NCBI GenBank assembly: GCA_965112155.1
Contig: OZ218099.1
Strand: one strand, 5' to 3'
Length of the DNA: 64,000 bases
Source: Podarcis liolepis
Taxonomy: Eukaryota
The notes beneath the pieces are model-generated. The model did no database searches. It saw only the letters and a list, made by a program, of their open reading frames with translations, and had not been told where the DNA came from. How positions within the stretch are numbered: the first letter of the stretch is position 1; every line of letters begins with the position of its first letter. The position numbers were made by a program, and so were the translations under genes. Below are positions 62,789 to 64,000 of this stretch, one piece after another.

Positions 62789-64000
62789 GGCCGCAAGAGT
62801 GGTGGAATAATCACTCGGCTCATTTTGACTCCCGGTTGCAAACTATGGGCTTGACTTTCACATCGGTGAGATCACTTGGCCAGCTGCGTTCCAGCGGAAA
62901 CATGGAGAGAAGAGAACATGGCGAGACGATGGCTAAAGTCCTGAAGCAGGACTGAGCAGAAATCTAGTGAATTTTTGATACATATAATATTGGTTTTCCT
63001 TAAAGAACTATTCTTAATATTGCCAAAAATGGAGGCTTATGTAATTGTTATGCTTTGTACGCTCACTCCACCTCACTTGCTCATTTCCCCTTTGGCAGCT
63101 CCTAGCAGATCTGAGTGCATACAGTGTCAAATAGCAACCTAAGGCTACAAAGGTAATAGGCTTCATACAGTTAAGTGTGATGTGATGTCATATTGATTTT
63201 AGGGGGCATCAACCTTTGCTGAATGACTATTCCTGATTATGCAGCCTTTATTTCATTTTAAAAAAAACAAAAACAATGTTTTAAGTTCAGCCCTATCCCC
63301 CACAGTTAGAGTTGCCAGTTGTACTTGCTGGTGAGTTCTATCTAACCACATCCCCTTAGAAGATTTTAGCGACTTATATCTTTGTTTGTACCTACCTGCC
63401 AACAATTCAATTTCTGATTCACATAGCAACTCTAAGATCACACACTCACCACATCCATTTGCCCTTGAACGCTACATATATAGTGCCAATAGTGTGTGGA
63501 GGGGGGAATCCATGGCAAATAATAATTCTTTGTATATTTTGAGCTGGTGTACTAAATATAAGCTTTAGATCAGAGTAGTTGCTGGTGCAGAAAAAGCTGG
63601 TGTTGACATTGGACTCTCTTGTTGTCCATTTGCACAATTTTAGTTTTGGACCATCTATTTGAAACATCTATTAAAATATGCAGCCACCCACCTAACAAAC
63701 ACTTAATAAAAACCTCATCACTTTCCTACAGGCAGTTGACGGAGCCCAGTAATCAGCAAACCCTACATCCTGCCACAGAAAAGCTACATAAAGAAAATAT
63801 GACCTTTCTTCATTCTTGTTCCCTTTGAGGGGAAAACACCACCTTCTTTCCTGCTTTTTTAAAACACCGGAAAAGGCATAAAATGAGAATTTGCGCCTTA
63901 TGCACTGCTGCAAGAGACTAGGCCCTAACTCCTCAGCTTCTGGTTTGGAGAGCCCATAGCAAGGGAAGCTGTCTGCCTTGTCTTGATAGCAGTGTGCAGT

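Noticed and set aside
59000-64000. STK32A terminal exons expected on the minus strand from mammalian synteny
   Set aside because: No matching coding sequence found; reverse AATAAA motifs (e.g. 59695, 60025) alone are insufficient.

Overview
Vertebrate genomic DNA from a squamate reptile, most likely a lacertid lizard judging from the Sauria SINEs and lacertid-type MITEs. The window holds one complete + strand gene, DPYSL3 (CRMP4, a dihydropyrimidinase-like pseudoenzyme). It has two alternative first coding exons: long isoform 3832-4188 in a CpG island, and short isoform 22290-22331. These are followed by 13 shared exons (34119 to the stop at 54985). All junctions are GT-AG and phase-consistent, giving 676-aa and 571-aa proteins. 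The rest is intronic or intergenic DNA with L2/CR1/L1 fragments, Sauria and MIR-like SINEs, and hAT, Tc1/mariner and Harbinger-like MITEs. The most notable observations are: (1) a minimal hammerhead-ribozyme motif in a Penelope-like mini-insertion, in sense in the long-isoform-specific part of intron 1, with a second degenerate copy upstream; (2) local duplications that copied the 5' splice sites of exons 11 and 13 (one in-frame, +GKLS); (3) a hAT insertion whose target-site duplication regenerates a likely branch point; (4) an RE1/NRSE site in an L2-like remnant and a strong CTCF site downstream of the gene. Repeat family names and comparisons to human sequences are from recall, not from a database search.
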